DNA from: an uncultured Clostridia bacterium
GTDB taxonomy: Bacteria > Bacillota > Clostridia > Christensenellales > Aristaeellaceae
Reading direction: 5' to 3'
DNA length: 64,000 nt
NCBI GenBank assembly: GCA_947565865.1
Contig: CANOHT010000009.1
Span: 10,142-74,141 of the forward strand
Of the stretch, positions 52,405-61,241 are shown piece by piece. Position numbers and translations under genes: made by a program. Below the pieces are notes generated by a model. The model saw only the letters and a program-made list of their open reading frames with translations. It did no database searches and had not been told where the DNA came from. The stretch's first letter is position 1, and every line of letters starts with the position of its first letter.

Positions 52405-53730
52405 ATGCGGGATTTGACGGTGGGATGCCCGGGTCGGGTGTTGGTCAGCTATACGCTGCCTCTTTTCGGGAGCATTATTTTCCAGCAGCTGTACAACATC
52501 GCTGACAGTCTGGTGGCGGGCCGGTATATCGGTACCCAGGCGCTGGCGGCGGTGGGCAACTCTTATGAAATTACCCTGATTTATATCGCCCTGGCCTTCG
52601 GGTGCAACATGGGCGCGTCGGTGGTTACAGCCCGGTTTTTCGGGGAAAAACGCTATGGCGATGTGCGCAGCAGCATCACCACATCGTTGATCTTTTCAGC
52701 GGCGCTGGGACTGGTGCTGACGCTGGCGGGCATCCTGCTGGGCGACGGGCTGCTGGAGATGATCAACACGCCCCCGGAGCTGATGGCGGCGTCCTCCGCC
52801 TATCTGGACATCTACCTGCTGGGCTATGTGTTTCTGATTCTTTACCAAGTGGCAACAGGCATTTTTTCGGCTCTGGGAGATTCGCGGACGCCCTTCATCT
52901 TCCTGGCCATCTCCTCGGTGAGCAACATCTTCGTGGACGTCCTGTTTGTCAAGTCCTTTGGCATGGGGGTGGAGGGCGTAGCCTGGGCCACCTTCCTGTG
53001 CCAGTCCATCAGCGGGGCCGCGGCGGTGTTCGCGGTGGCGCGCAAGCTGCGCGCGCTGGACGGCAGCGGCCCGATGTTCTCCATACCCATTTTGAAAAAG
53101 ATCCTGGTGGTGGCGACGCCAAGCGCAGCCCAGCAGGGCTTTATCTCCGTGGGCAATATCCTGATTCAGAGCGTTATCAACGGCTTTGGCACCGCGGCCA
53201 TCGGCGGCTACGCGGCGTCGGTGAAGCTCAATAACATGATGCTCACCTCCATCACGGCCCTGGGCAATGGTATGAGCAATTACACCGCCCAGAATTACGG
53301 CGCGGGCAAGCACCAGCGTATCCGCGAGGGCTATGCCAAGGGCGCGCTGCTGGCGGGCGGCTTCGCGCTGGTGTTCACGGCGGCGTACCTGATTTTCGGC
53401 CCGACCCTGGTGGGTGTGTTTATCACGGACGGCAATCAGGAGGCTCTGGACATCGGTGTGCAGTTTCTGCGGATCATCGGGCCCTTTTATGTCATCATCG
53501 CCATGAAACTGGTGACAGACGGTGTGCTGCGCGGGGCCGCGCTGATGCGGGTGTTCATGCTCTCCACCATGACCGACCTGGTGCTGCGGGTGGCGATGGC
53601 CTTCGTCCTTGGCCCGGCCTTCGGCCCCACCGGCGTATGGCTGAGCTGGCCTGTGGGCTGGATGCTTGGCACGGCGATTTCCTGCTACTTCTATCAGCGA
53701 TGGATACGCAGACTTGTAGCGAAAATATAA
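52405..53730 (+). CDS. MATE-family efflux transporter (second copy)
   Basis: 441 aa with 12 TM helices. The N-terminal block is PLFGSIIFQQLYNIADSLVAG. Confidence 0.85.
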   Translation: MRDLTVGCPGRVLVSYTLPLFGSIIFQQLYNIADSLVAGRYIGTQALAAVGNSYEITLIYIALAFGCNMGASVVTARFFGEKRYGDVRSSITTSLIFSAALGLVLTLAGILLGDGLLEMINTPPELMAASSAYLDIYLLGYVFLILYQVATGIFSALGDSRTPFIFLAISSVSNIFVDVLFVKSFGMGVEGVAWATFLCQSISGAAAVFAVARKLRALDGSGPMFSIPILKKILVVATPSAAQQGFISVGNILIQSVINGFGTAAIGGYAASVKLNNMMLTSITALGNGMSNYTAQNYGAGKHQRIREGYAKGALLAGGFALVFTAAYLIFGPTLVGVFITDGNQEALDIGVQFLRIIGPFYVIIAMKLVTDGVLRGAALMRVFMLSTMTDLVLRVAMAFVLGPAFGPTGVWLSWPVGWMLGTAISCYFYQRWIRRLVAKI

Positions 53731-53832
53731 CAAAACGCCGCCTGGTGCGTCCAAACAGTGCACAGACGATTTCTGACCATCAACAAACTCCCGAGCGATG
53801 CTGAAGGGGCCGCGCCCCTTCAACTGCCAAAC

Positions 53833-53861
53833 AAAAACCGGCGCACATGTCGCCGGTTTTT
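53833..53861. terminator. Bidirectional terminator after the MATE gene
   Basis: AAAAA-CCGGCG-cacatgt-CGCCGG-TTTTT. It is nearly identical in design to the terminator at 8082-8113. Confidence 0.7.
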
Positions 53862-53948
53862 GTGCGCTTCGATGCGAAGGGCTTCCTTATGCAAAGGGAC
53901 GCCGGGAGAGCGGTAACGCCGTATGACCGGTGAGAGTGTGCTAAACTC

Positions 53949-53975
53949 AAAAAAGTGGCTTATGCCACTTTTTTG
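53949..53975. terminator. Bidirectional terminator adjacent to the merR-family gene stop
   Basis: AAAAA-AGTGGC-ttat-GCCACT-TTTTT. It lies 3 nt from the stop of the minus-strand MerR gene. Confidence 0.7.
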
Positions 53976-53977
53976 AG

Positions 53978-54409
53978 TTACAGCCGATGCGGGCGGAGGG
54001 CCTCAGGGACGGCTTCGGGTGGAAGCGAGCGAACCGCGGCCTCAGAGCCCAGGGCCAGAGCGGTATCATAATACCAGCACTTGTACAGCAGGTGGTTGCG
54101 GGTTTTCTCCAGGGCCGTCAATTGACGCTCAACCTCCGCCAGCCTTGCCTGAAACATGGCCTGACGCTTGCTCAGGGAGGCGTCCCCCTCCTGGCACCAT
54201 GTCAGAAATTCCTTGATGTCCCGGATGGGCATCCCGGCGGCCTTCAGACACTCGATCACTCGCAGTGTACCAAGCTCCCGTTCAGTGAACACGCGGATGC
54301 CGCCGTCAGAGCGGGTCAGCTCGGGAAACATGCCCTCGCGGTCATAATAGCGCAGGGTGGAGACGGAGATGCCGGTGGACTCCGCCACCTGACCGATGGA
54401 ATAGGTCAT
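53978..54409 (-). CDS. MerR-family transcriptional regulator
   Basis: The HTH is YSIGQVAESTGISVSTLRYYDREGMFP, followed by a coiled-coil dimerisation helix. Confidence 0.9.
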   Translation of the reverse strand: MTYSIGQVAESTGISVSTLRYYDREGMFPELTRSDGGIRVFTERELGTLRVIECLKAAGMPIRDIKEFLTWCQEGDASLSKRQAMFQARLAEVERQLTALEKTRNHLLYKCWYYDTALALGSEAAVRSLPPEAVPEALRPHRL

Positions 54410-54442
54410 AGGCTTTCCTTTCCGCAGGCCGGAAGCCTGACA

Positions 54443-55246
54443 TCAGGCGATGTGGTAGATGTGTTTCAGCTCGTCGGTCATGGCACCGTCAGGCTGGTAG
54501 ACGATCAGCGGAGGCTCCGGGTGCAGCATGGGCTTGGCATCCTTGACCGCTTCGATGAGAACCAGATTGGCGGGCTTGTTTGCGAAGGGATAGATCAGGC
54601 GGAAGCGTTTGGGGATGAGACGTGCCGCCTGAAGGGCGTCCATGGCCTCCAGCATCCGTGGGGCAGGGTAGACCATGCTGAAGCGGCCCTTGCCGCAAAG
54701 GAGCCGATGGGCGGCACGAAACCACGCGCCCAGGCCGTCTTCTCCCTGATGGCGGGCCAGGCGCAGACTGTCCGAGGGGTTGAGCAGGGTGGTGCCTGGA
54801 GGGCCGTAGGGCGGATTGCAGATTACCGCGTCCAGGCTGCAGGCGGGGATGGCCTGCTCGGCCTGTTCCACTGGCAGGCAATGCACGGCGATATGCTGCT
54901 CCAAGCCATTCAGCCGCACGGTGCGCCGGGCCATGTCCGCCATATCGGGCTGAATTTCAATGGCGTCAAAGCGGGCGCCTTTGCCGCGCCCGTGCAAAAG
55001 CAGGGGCAGGATACCGCTCCCGGTGCCGAAGTCGGCTACCCGCCCCTGCGGTGGGATGCGGGCAAAATCCGCCAGAAGCACCGCGTCCATGCCGAAGCGG
55101 AAGCCGGAGGCTTTTTGCAGGATGCGCAGACCCGCGAACTGCAGATCGTCCAGGCGCTCGCCCTCCTGAATCAGACCGCTTCCCGCAGGGTCAGGTATTG
55201 GGTCATGCAATAGCCTTCCGCCTCCCCGTAAAGAATTTTGCACCAT
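54443..55246 (-). CDS. tRNA (adenine-N6)-methyltransferase-like SAM methyltransferase (YfiC/TrmN6 type)
   Basis: The blocks are GFRFGMDAVLLADFA, DFGTGSGILPLLL (motif I) and the NPPYG catalytic motif. The start is uncertain, because ATG 55246 overlaps the upstream gene by 76 nt. Confidence 0.8.
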   Translation of the reverse strand: MVQNSLRGGGRLLHDPIPDPAGSGLIQEGERLDDLQFAGLRILQKASGFRFGMDAVLLADFARIPPQGRVADFGTGSGILPLLLHGRGKGARFDAIEIQPDMADMARRTVRLNGLEQHIAVHCLPVEQAEQAIPACSLDAVICNPPYGPPGTTLLNPSDSLRLARHQGEDGLGAWFRAAHRLLCGKGRFSMVYPAPRMLEAMDALQAARLIPKRFRLIYPFANKPANLVLIEAVKDAKPMLHPEPPLIVYQPDGAMTDELKHIYHIA

Positions 55247-58200
55247 GTATCGCCAAATTGCAGCAGGCGCACCGTTTCCCCCTTGGGGATCGACAGGCGC
55301 ACGGGGGCCGCGTTGTCACACCAGGCCCGCACGTTGACGCTGCCTTCCTGGGGCGCGATGACAGCCTCCCAGCCGGTTAAATCGTAGAGGGTGGGATCAT
55401 AAACAGGCTGCGCATCGGCGGACGGCTCCGGGACGGCCGCGGGGAGGGCGGCGGGCTTGGCGGCGGAAAGGTACGCCCTGGCCACATAGCCCTGCCACTG
55501 CCCGTAACGCACCAGGCACCATTCGTCCCCCTGATTGGACAGCACATCCACCGCCGCGCCATGGGGCAGGCTGGTCAGGATGACCGCGCCGGTGGACGCC
55601 TCCTGGCGCAGGTTCAGGCCGCTGGCGGCGCTGACGTACATCAGGGAGGCGGCCGGCGGTTGGGTGTCCGCAGGCTGCATGGAGGATGGCGGGGTGCTGG
55701 TGATGTACCGGCTCATGACATAGCCCGCCTGAGCGCCGAACTTGATGGCGCTCCACTCCGCGCCCGAAAGGGTCACGATAATCTCCGTGCCCGGAGCCAA
55801 CACCGCCAGCACCTGGCCGGAGGTATCAGGCATGTAGCGCATGTTCACCCCGCCGGTGACGTCCTCGCGGATCCAGGCTGTTTGCGCTTGAGCCGTGCCG
55901 CCGCTCTCCGCAGGAGGCTGGCCTTGGCCGATAGATAAATAGCCGGTCATCACATAGCCTTCCAGACCAGAATACCGTACACGGCTCCAGGGATCGCCCT
56001 TTTCAAGCAGCGTTACCTTTGCGCCGTTGGGGATGCCGATGATGACCTCCGAAGCGGTTGTGGGACCGCTGCGCAGGTTCAGTCCGTCGCCATCGGTTGT
56101 CACGGCGACCTCCTGGACGGATGGAGCGGAGGGCGCGGCGCTGCTGCCGTCCTGCAGATAACGGGTCATTACATAGCCGGTGTAGGCTGCGTATCGGATC
56201 TGCGTCCATTCAGCGCCTGCCTGCAGGCGGGTGACGGAGGCTCCGTCGGGAATCACCGTCAGAATGCGGGCGGCAGAGGAAGCCGTTTCCCGCAGGTTCA
56301 GTCCGCCGTTGCCGGTGTGAACGGTCGCGCTGTCGCTGACTTCCGGCGGGACAGGGACGGAGGGGGTACTTCCGCCTTCGCTGCCAAAGGTGAGGAACTT
56401 CGTCATCACATAGCCCGTCCGGCTGCCGTAGGTGATGTGGCACCAATCAGTGCCCCGCTGAAGCACCGTGACCTGAGCGCCGGGCTTGATGGTGGTCAGG
56501 ATGCGGGCGTCCGCCGAGGCGGTCTCGCGCAGATTCAGCGTGCCCGAGGGCGTGGTGACGGTGGCCGTATTGCCTGTGGGCTGCGTGGTGGAACCGCCCT
56601 CCATGGTGAGATAGGTGGTCATGACGTAGCCTGTCTGGCCGCCATAGCTGACGCGGCACCAGGTCGTGAGGTTTTCCAGCACGGACACCTGCGCGCCCCG
56701 GGGGATCTGCGTGAGCACCGTACTGCCCAAAGAGGGCTGCTTGCGCAGGTTCAGGGAGCCGGACTGGGTGGTGACCCGGGCCGTGGCGGAGGGCGTGGAG
56801 GGCGCTGTGGACTCGTCCGAGGGGAAGCGGAGGTAACGGGTGGAAACATAGCCTGTCAGGCTGCCGTAGCGCACGGCAGACCATTCCTCGCCGCGATGGG
56901 TCACCACCACCGATTCGCCACGGGGCAGCGCCGCCAGCACGGCGGCCTGGGTGGAGGGCTCTGCGCGCAGGTTCAGGGCCGTGGAGGCGGTATACACCAC
57001 CGCTTCCACCTCGCCAAAGCCCAGCGCCGGGGGCGCGGGAGTGCCGGGGGTGGACGGCGGCTGCGTGGGCGGGGCGCTGCCGTCAAAAACGAGGAAATCG
57101 GCCATGATGTAGCCGCGGGTGCCGTCCGCGGCCACAACGCTGCACCAGCTGCCGTCGGAGGAGTTCACGGTGACCTGTGTGCCGTGGGACAGCGTCGCCA
57201 GCACCTGGCCGGAGGTAGAGGCCGTTGCGCGCAGGTTGACCGTGCCGCTGCCGGAGGGGATGCGCACCACCGCACCGCCGCTGATCTGGCCTGTCACCTC
57301 GCCGGGGTAGGCGGCGCTCATTTGCAGGAAGTCCGTGGAAGCCCAGCCGGTGGAGGCGCCGTACTGCACCTGAGCCCAGCTGCCCTGGACTCGGAATACG
57401 CAAAGAATGGCCCCGCTGGGGATGGTGGTGATGACGGTGCTGCCGATGCTGCCCTCGCTGCGCAGGTTCAGCGTGCCGGTGCAGTTTACCGTGGCCCACT
57501 GGCTGATCTGCGTGGGGGTGGCTTCGGAGGCGGAGGGAGCCTCGCCGTTGAATTTCAGCGCGCTGGTGGGGACATAGCCGACGATGCTGCCCAGGCGGAT
57601 CATCGTCCAGCTGTCGCCCTTGGCCAGCACGTTCACCAATCCGCCGTTGATGACGCTGGTGAGGATGCTGCCGGTGTCGCTGGCGGCGGAGCGCACGGCC
57701 AGGCGGTCCTTCAATCCCACCAGCTTGACGGTGGCGGTGGCTCCGGCGGAAGGCGTGATGTCCGCCGGATTCTCCTCGGTGGTAATCAGGCTGCCGCCAT
57801 TCTCGATGGAGGCCAGGATGGTGTGGGTGAAGGTATACTGCACCCGGCGGCAGTCCTCATAATAAAAGCCGAGAATCTGGTCATAGGTATAGCCCAGAGA
57901 GCCCATCTGCATGGCGCCGCGCTGGCTCATGCCAATGCCATGGCCGTAGCGTCGGGCCTTCAGGGTGAAGTTGGCGCCGTTTTTCTCCACGGACCATAAC
58001 TCATTCTGGGACGCGTTGATGCTCATGCCCAGGGGGCCTTCCAGCTCGCTGAAGATGTCGCAGGTCAGCGTCAGGCTGCGGCTACCGGAGGGCGTCGCGG
58101 CCGTCACGGCGAAATCCAGCTTGGTATAGAGCCTGCTGGGAGAGCCATATTTGGGCGTGTGGGGCGTGATGGCGTTGATGGTCGTGACCGTAACGTTGCT

Positions 58201-59157
58201 GCTCCCCACGGCGGCGGAGGCCTTGGCGTGAAGCAGATCCTTGATGGCGGACTTTTGCCCGGAGAAGGTATTGTCTCCGTATACCACGGTTTTGCGCACG
58301 ACAGAGGCGGCGTTCATTTCGTCAAAGGGGTCGTTCTTGACACCCAGATAATCATAGCCGGAGGAGCCCCACAGGTTCCGGGCGGATTCCGTCTGGCCGC
58401 CGTTGGAGGCGGTGTAGTAGGTGCCGGTGAGGCTGCTGCCGTTCATCAGCACAATGCCTTTGGTGGCTTCCACGGCCTGGGAGCAGCGGGTGGTGGAATC
58501 GGAGTTGCCGTAGTAAACCTGATCGTTGGTGGTGTCCACCACATCGTAGAGGGAGGAGGCCCTGGTGTTCATTTTGTTCAGGGTATAGGTGCGGGCGGCG
58601 ACGGCCTGGGCCTTCAGCGCCTCCACATGGGCGGAGTTGCCCATCTCATAGGGTACCACGCCCTTCAGGTAGGATTCGATGTAGACGTGGACGATGGGAT
58701 AGAGCCGGTAACTGCCGCCCGACAGCTGAGCCTTGAGCTGAAGGTCGCCGGGATAAAGGTTGCCCGATTGGCGGGCCTGGGCGATCCGCAGCCCGCTCTC
58801 GCCGCTGGTCTGATGGCGGCGGAGGTTCAGCTCCGTGCCCATGTCATAGCTGACGCCGCCCCGGGTCATGGTGATGCGGCCGGTGTTCTTGTTGAAGCTG
58901 ATGCCCACCCGGTCGCCGCTTTGCAGGGTGACGTCGGTGGCGCCGTTGGCCGTATAGCTGCCGGAAACGGTCAAGTCAAGACTGGTGGGATTCCCCAGAG
59001 AAGAAAGATACACACGCACCATGCCGTTGCGGGCGTTGGCGGCCCGGGACAGGGGAGCGGAGGCCACTTCGGTGGCGGCGGCCAAACCCGCAGGCAGCAG
59101 CGCGCCAAGAAAAATCACCAGAAAAAGCGCGGCGACTGCGCGGCGGCGACATGCCAT
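55171..59157 (-). CDS. Secreted SpoIID/LytB-domain protein with 11 C-terminal SH3b (SH3_3) domains
   Basis: I set the start at ATG 59157, 8 nt after AAGGAGG. A signal peptide is present. The SpoIID blocks are AQAVAARTY, YYTASNGGQTE and GHGIGMSQRGA. Eleven modules of the form G.LNLR....S...L..IP.G..V.V......W..V.Y....GYV...YL follow. Confidence 0.9.
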   Translation of the reverse strand: MACRRRAVAALFLVIFLGALLPAGLAAATEVASAPLSRAANARNGMVRVYLSSLGNPTSLDLTVSGSYTANGATDVTLQSGDRVGISFNKNTGRITMTRGGVSYDMGTELNLRRHQTSGESGLRIAQARQSGNLYPGDLQLKAQLSGGSYRLYPIVHVYIESYLKGVVPYEMGNSAHVEALKAQAVAARTYTLNKMNTRASSLYDVVDTTNDQVYYGNSDSTTRCSQAVEATKGIVLMNGSSLTGTYYTASNGGQTESARNLWGSSGYDYLGVKNDPFDEMNAASVVRKTVVYGDNTFSGQKSAIKDLLHAKASAAVGSSNVTVTTINAITPHTPKYGSPSRLYTKLDFAVTAATPSGSRSLTLTCDIFSELEGPLGMSINASQNELWSVEKNGANFTLKARRYGHGIGMSQRGAMQMGSLGYTYDQILGFYYEDCRRVQYTFTHTILASIENGGSLITTEENPADITPSAGATATVKLVGLKDRLAVRSAASDTGSILTSVINGGLVNVLAKGDSWTMIRLGSIVGYVPTSALKFNGEAPSASEATPTQISQWATVNCTGTLNLRSEGSIGSTVITTIPSGAILCVFRVQGSWAQVQYGASTGWASTDFLQMSAAYPGEVTGQISGGAVVRIPSGSGTVNLRATASTSGQVLATLSHGTQVTVNSSDGSWCSVVAADGTRGYIMADFLVFDGSAPPTQPPSTPGTPAPPALGFGEVEAVVYTASTALNLRAEPSTQAAVLAALPRGESVVVTHRGEEWSAVRYGSLTGYVSTRYLRFPSDESTAPSTPSATARVTTQSGSLNLRKQPSLGSTVLTQIPRGAQVSVLENLTTWCRVSYGGQTGYVMTTYLTMEGGSTTQPTGNTATVTTPSGTLNLRETASADARILTTIKPGAQVTVLQRGTDWCHITYGSRTGYVMTKFLTFGSEGGSTPSVPVPPEVSDSATVHTGNGGLNLRETASSAARILTVIPDGASVTRLQAGAEWTQIRYAAYTGYVMTRYLQDGSSAAPSAPSVQEVAVTTDGDGLNLRSGPTTASEVIIGIPNGAKVTLLEKGDPWSRVRYSGLEGYVMTGYLSIGQGQPPAESGGTAQAQTAWIREDVTGGVNMRYMPDTSGQVLAVLAPGTEIIVTLSGAEWSAIKFGAQAGYVMSRYITSTPPSSMQPADTQPPAASLMYVSAASGLNLRQEASTGAVILTSLPHGAAVDVLSNQGDEWCLVRYGQWQGYVARAYLSAAKPAALPAAVPEPSADAQPVYDPTLYDLTGWEAVIAPQEGSVNVRAWCDNAAPVRLSIPKGETVRLLQFGDTWCKILYGEAEGYCMTQYLTLREAV
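55180..57735 (-). repeat. Array of 11 tandem SH3b-domain coding modules (about 77 aa each, diverged at the DNA level)
   Basis: I counted repeats in the translated ORF from about aa 478 to the C-terminus. Each has an [LV]N[LMV]R start and a GY[VI/C]M..[YF]L end. Confidence 0.85.
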
Positions 59158-59290
59158 GGGGCTCACCTCCTTTGACGGCTTTTGCCGAAATTTGCAGTTA
59201 GCATTGTATCATATCGAGGGCTTCTTCGCCAAGAGGATCATGTAACAAAGAGGCTGGGAATGCCTGGACAGCCTGGCAGTGGCGTTTTTT

Positions 59291-60466
59291 TTACAGCCGA
59301 ACAACGCCCTGCCGAAGCGCCAAGCCCGCGGGAAGGCCGCAGCCCAGGGCCCACAGGTCATAGGCCCGAAGCTCCGCGCGGAACCAAGGCGCGGCTGTGC
59401 GGAGGTCGGCGGCCTTGCTGATGATGGAAACACCATGCGCTTTGGCCTGGCGCAGAAGGGGCAGGGCGCTGTCCCGAAGGCCCAGCAGCCAGGGCTCCTC
59501 CGGCAGAGGCCGGGCCGCGAGGGTTTCATCCGTAATGTCCAGCAGCGCGTGGGTACACAGCCGGGACAGGCGCGCGTAAGGGTAGCGCCGGGTCTTGGCG
59601 GTGAGCAGCAGCCGTTCCCGGCTGTCGCAGGCCCCGGCGGCGGCGCGCAGGCGATCCTCAATGCCTTCGGATAAATCGGGCAGTGCGCGCCACGCTTCCG
59701 GCGTCATGGCACGCAGGCGGTAAAGCAGCGCCTGATCCAGCGCGCCGGCCAGGTGCAGGCGACCTTGAGCCGCTTCCTCCCGCAGGAGGACGAAGGCGCT
59801 CTCCGGCATCGCCTGACGCGCGCCCTGCCAGTCACCGCGTTCAATGGCGCCCCGCAGGGCTGTGGCGGAGGGCCAGGCTTCCAGCGCCGTGGCGTGATAA
59901 GCCCCCTGCCGGGGCACGGGCACGGCGTCCATACCGGCTGCCAGACGGCGGATGGCCCGCAGATAGCAAACGGCCAGGGTGTTGTTGGGGGAGGCCAGCA
60001 GCCTGCCTGTGTCCGGAGCGGCCTCCTCGGCAGCGGCGGACAGGGCGGCGGGATAAGGGCGTCCGGTGCCCAGGCCCCGGCGGAGGGCGGCGATCATGGC
60101 GGGAGGCGGGGCTTCCAGCAGCTCGGCGGCGGCGCGAAGACGGCTGATGTCGGCATCTTCCGCGCCGAAGGCCAGGACATGTGCTCCCAGGCGCTGCAGC
60201 AGACGAACGCCGCCCAGAGCAAAGTGCTCCGCGTCCCGGACGCTCCAGCACACCGGCAGAGCGAACACGGCGTCCGCTCCGTTTTCCAGGGCCATGCGCG
60301 CCCGGATGGCGGGGGAGAGCAGTGCCGCCTCCCCGCGCTGGGTGAACAGGCTGGACATCACCACCACCAGGATGTCCGCCCCGGTGATCTCCCGGGCCTG
60401 GGCCAGGTGATGGGCATGGCCGCGATGGAAGGGGTTGTACTCCGCGATAACGCCCGCAACGCGCAT
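59291..60466 (-). CDS. tmcAL: tRNA(Met) cytidine acetate ligase (TmcAL/YlbM, nucleotidyltransferase superfamily)
   Basis: I set the start at ATG 60466, 9 nt after AAGGAGG. MRVAGVIAEYNPFHRGHAHHL is the HxGH-type N-terminus typical of YlbM/UPF0348. Confidence 0.85.
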   Translation of the reverse strand: MRVAGVIAEYNPFHRGHAHHLAQAREITGADILVVVMSSLFTQRGEAALLSPAIRARMALENGADAVFALPVCWSVRDAEHFALGGVRLLQRLGAHVLAFGAEDADISRLRAAAELLEAPPPAMIAALRRGLGTGRPYPAALSAAAEEAAPDTGRLLASPNNTLAVCYLRAIRRLAAGMDAVPVPRQGAYHATALEAWPSATALRGAIERGDWQGARQAMPESAFVLLREEAAQGRLHLAGALDQALLYRLRAMTPEAWRALPDLSEGIEDRLRAAAGACDSRERLLLTAKTRRYPYARLSRLCTHALLDITDETLAARPLPEEPWLLGLRDSALPLLRQAKAHGVSIISKAADLRTAAPWFRAELRAYDLWALGCGLPAGLALRQGVVRL

Positions 60467-60576
60467 GCAAGACGGCCTCCTTGCCCTTCTCCGCCTTGGC
60501 GCGGAGCAATATGCCTTCATTATATAAAAAGCAGGCGCGGAAAGCAAGACGCTGTGGAAATTGGTCGCTGAAACCC

Positions 60577-60605
60577 TTTACAAAATGATAGAAAAATGAT
60601 ATAAT
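60577..60605 (+). promoter_or_regulatory. Sigma-A promoter for pduL-ackA
   Basis: TTTACA (60577-60582), a 17-nt spacer containing an extended -10 TG (60597-98), then TATAAT (60600-60605). Confidence 0.6.
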
Positions 60606-60648
60606 GGTTTGGAAAGACCTCGTACCGCAAGAAAGGAAGGATTTCCCC

Positions 60649-61221
60649 ATGAGTGAATTTATCGTTGAAACCTCCGCCCGTCATGTGCATGTGACCCAGC
60701 AGGATCTGGAGACCCTGTTCGGCAAGGGCTATGAGCTTACAGTGAAGAAGATGCTGTCCCAGCCCGGGCAGTTTGCCAGCGCCGAGCGCGTGGACGTTGT
60801 CGGCCCCAAGAAGACCCTTTCCGGCGTGAGCATCCTGGGCCCCGTGCGCGGCGCCACCCAGGTGGAAATCTCCCTGACGGACGCCCGCTCCATCGGCGTG
60901 GCCGCCCCCGTGCGTGAGTCCGGCGACATTGCCGGCAGCGGCGCCTGCAAGCTGGTGGGCCCCTGCGGCGAGGTGGAGATCGCCGAAGGCGTGATCGCCG
61001 CCAAGCGCCATATCCACATGACGCCCGCTGACGCCGCCGAGTATGGCGTGAAGGATAAGGACGTTGTCAGCGTCAAGCTGGATACCGACGGCCGCGCGCT
61101 GGTTTTCGGGGATGTCGTCGTCCGCGTGAGCGACAAGTACGCTCTGGCCATGCATATCGATACCGATGAGTCCAACGCCGCCGGCTGCGGCCGCGACGCC
61201 AAGGGTACCATCGTGAAATAA
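60649..61221 (+). CDS. pduL: PduL-type phosphate acyltransferase (phosphate propanoyl/acetyltransferase)
   Basis: I set the start at ATG 60649. The duplicated PduL halves are SARHVHVTQQDLETLFG and AKRHIHMTPADAAEYG. Confidence 0.85.
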   Translation: MSEFIVETSARHVHVTQQDLETLFGKGYELTVKKMLSQPGQFASAERVDVVGPKKTLSGVSILGPVRGATQVEISLTDARSIGVAAPVRESGDIAGSGACKLVGPCGEVEIAEGVIAAKRHIHMTPADAAEYGVKDKDVVSVKLDTDGRALVFGDVVVRVSDKYALAMHIDTDESNAAGCGRDAKGTIVK

Positions 61222-61241
61222 GGTATAAGGAGATTCAACCC

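Noticed and set aside
55171-55246. The 76-nt overlap between the 3' end of the SpoIID-SH3b gene and the first ATG of the downstream methyltransferase ORF, considered as possible overlapping coding or a frameshift.
   Set aside because: The more likely explanation is that the methyltransferase initiates at a downstream non-ATG codon. Homologues as I recall them begin near ...ERLDDL..., and I could not identify a convincing SD. I therefore kept the track coordinates with reduced start confidence.
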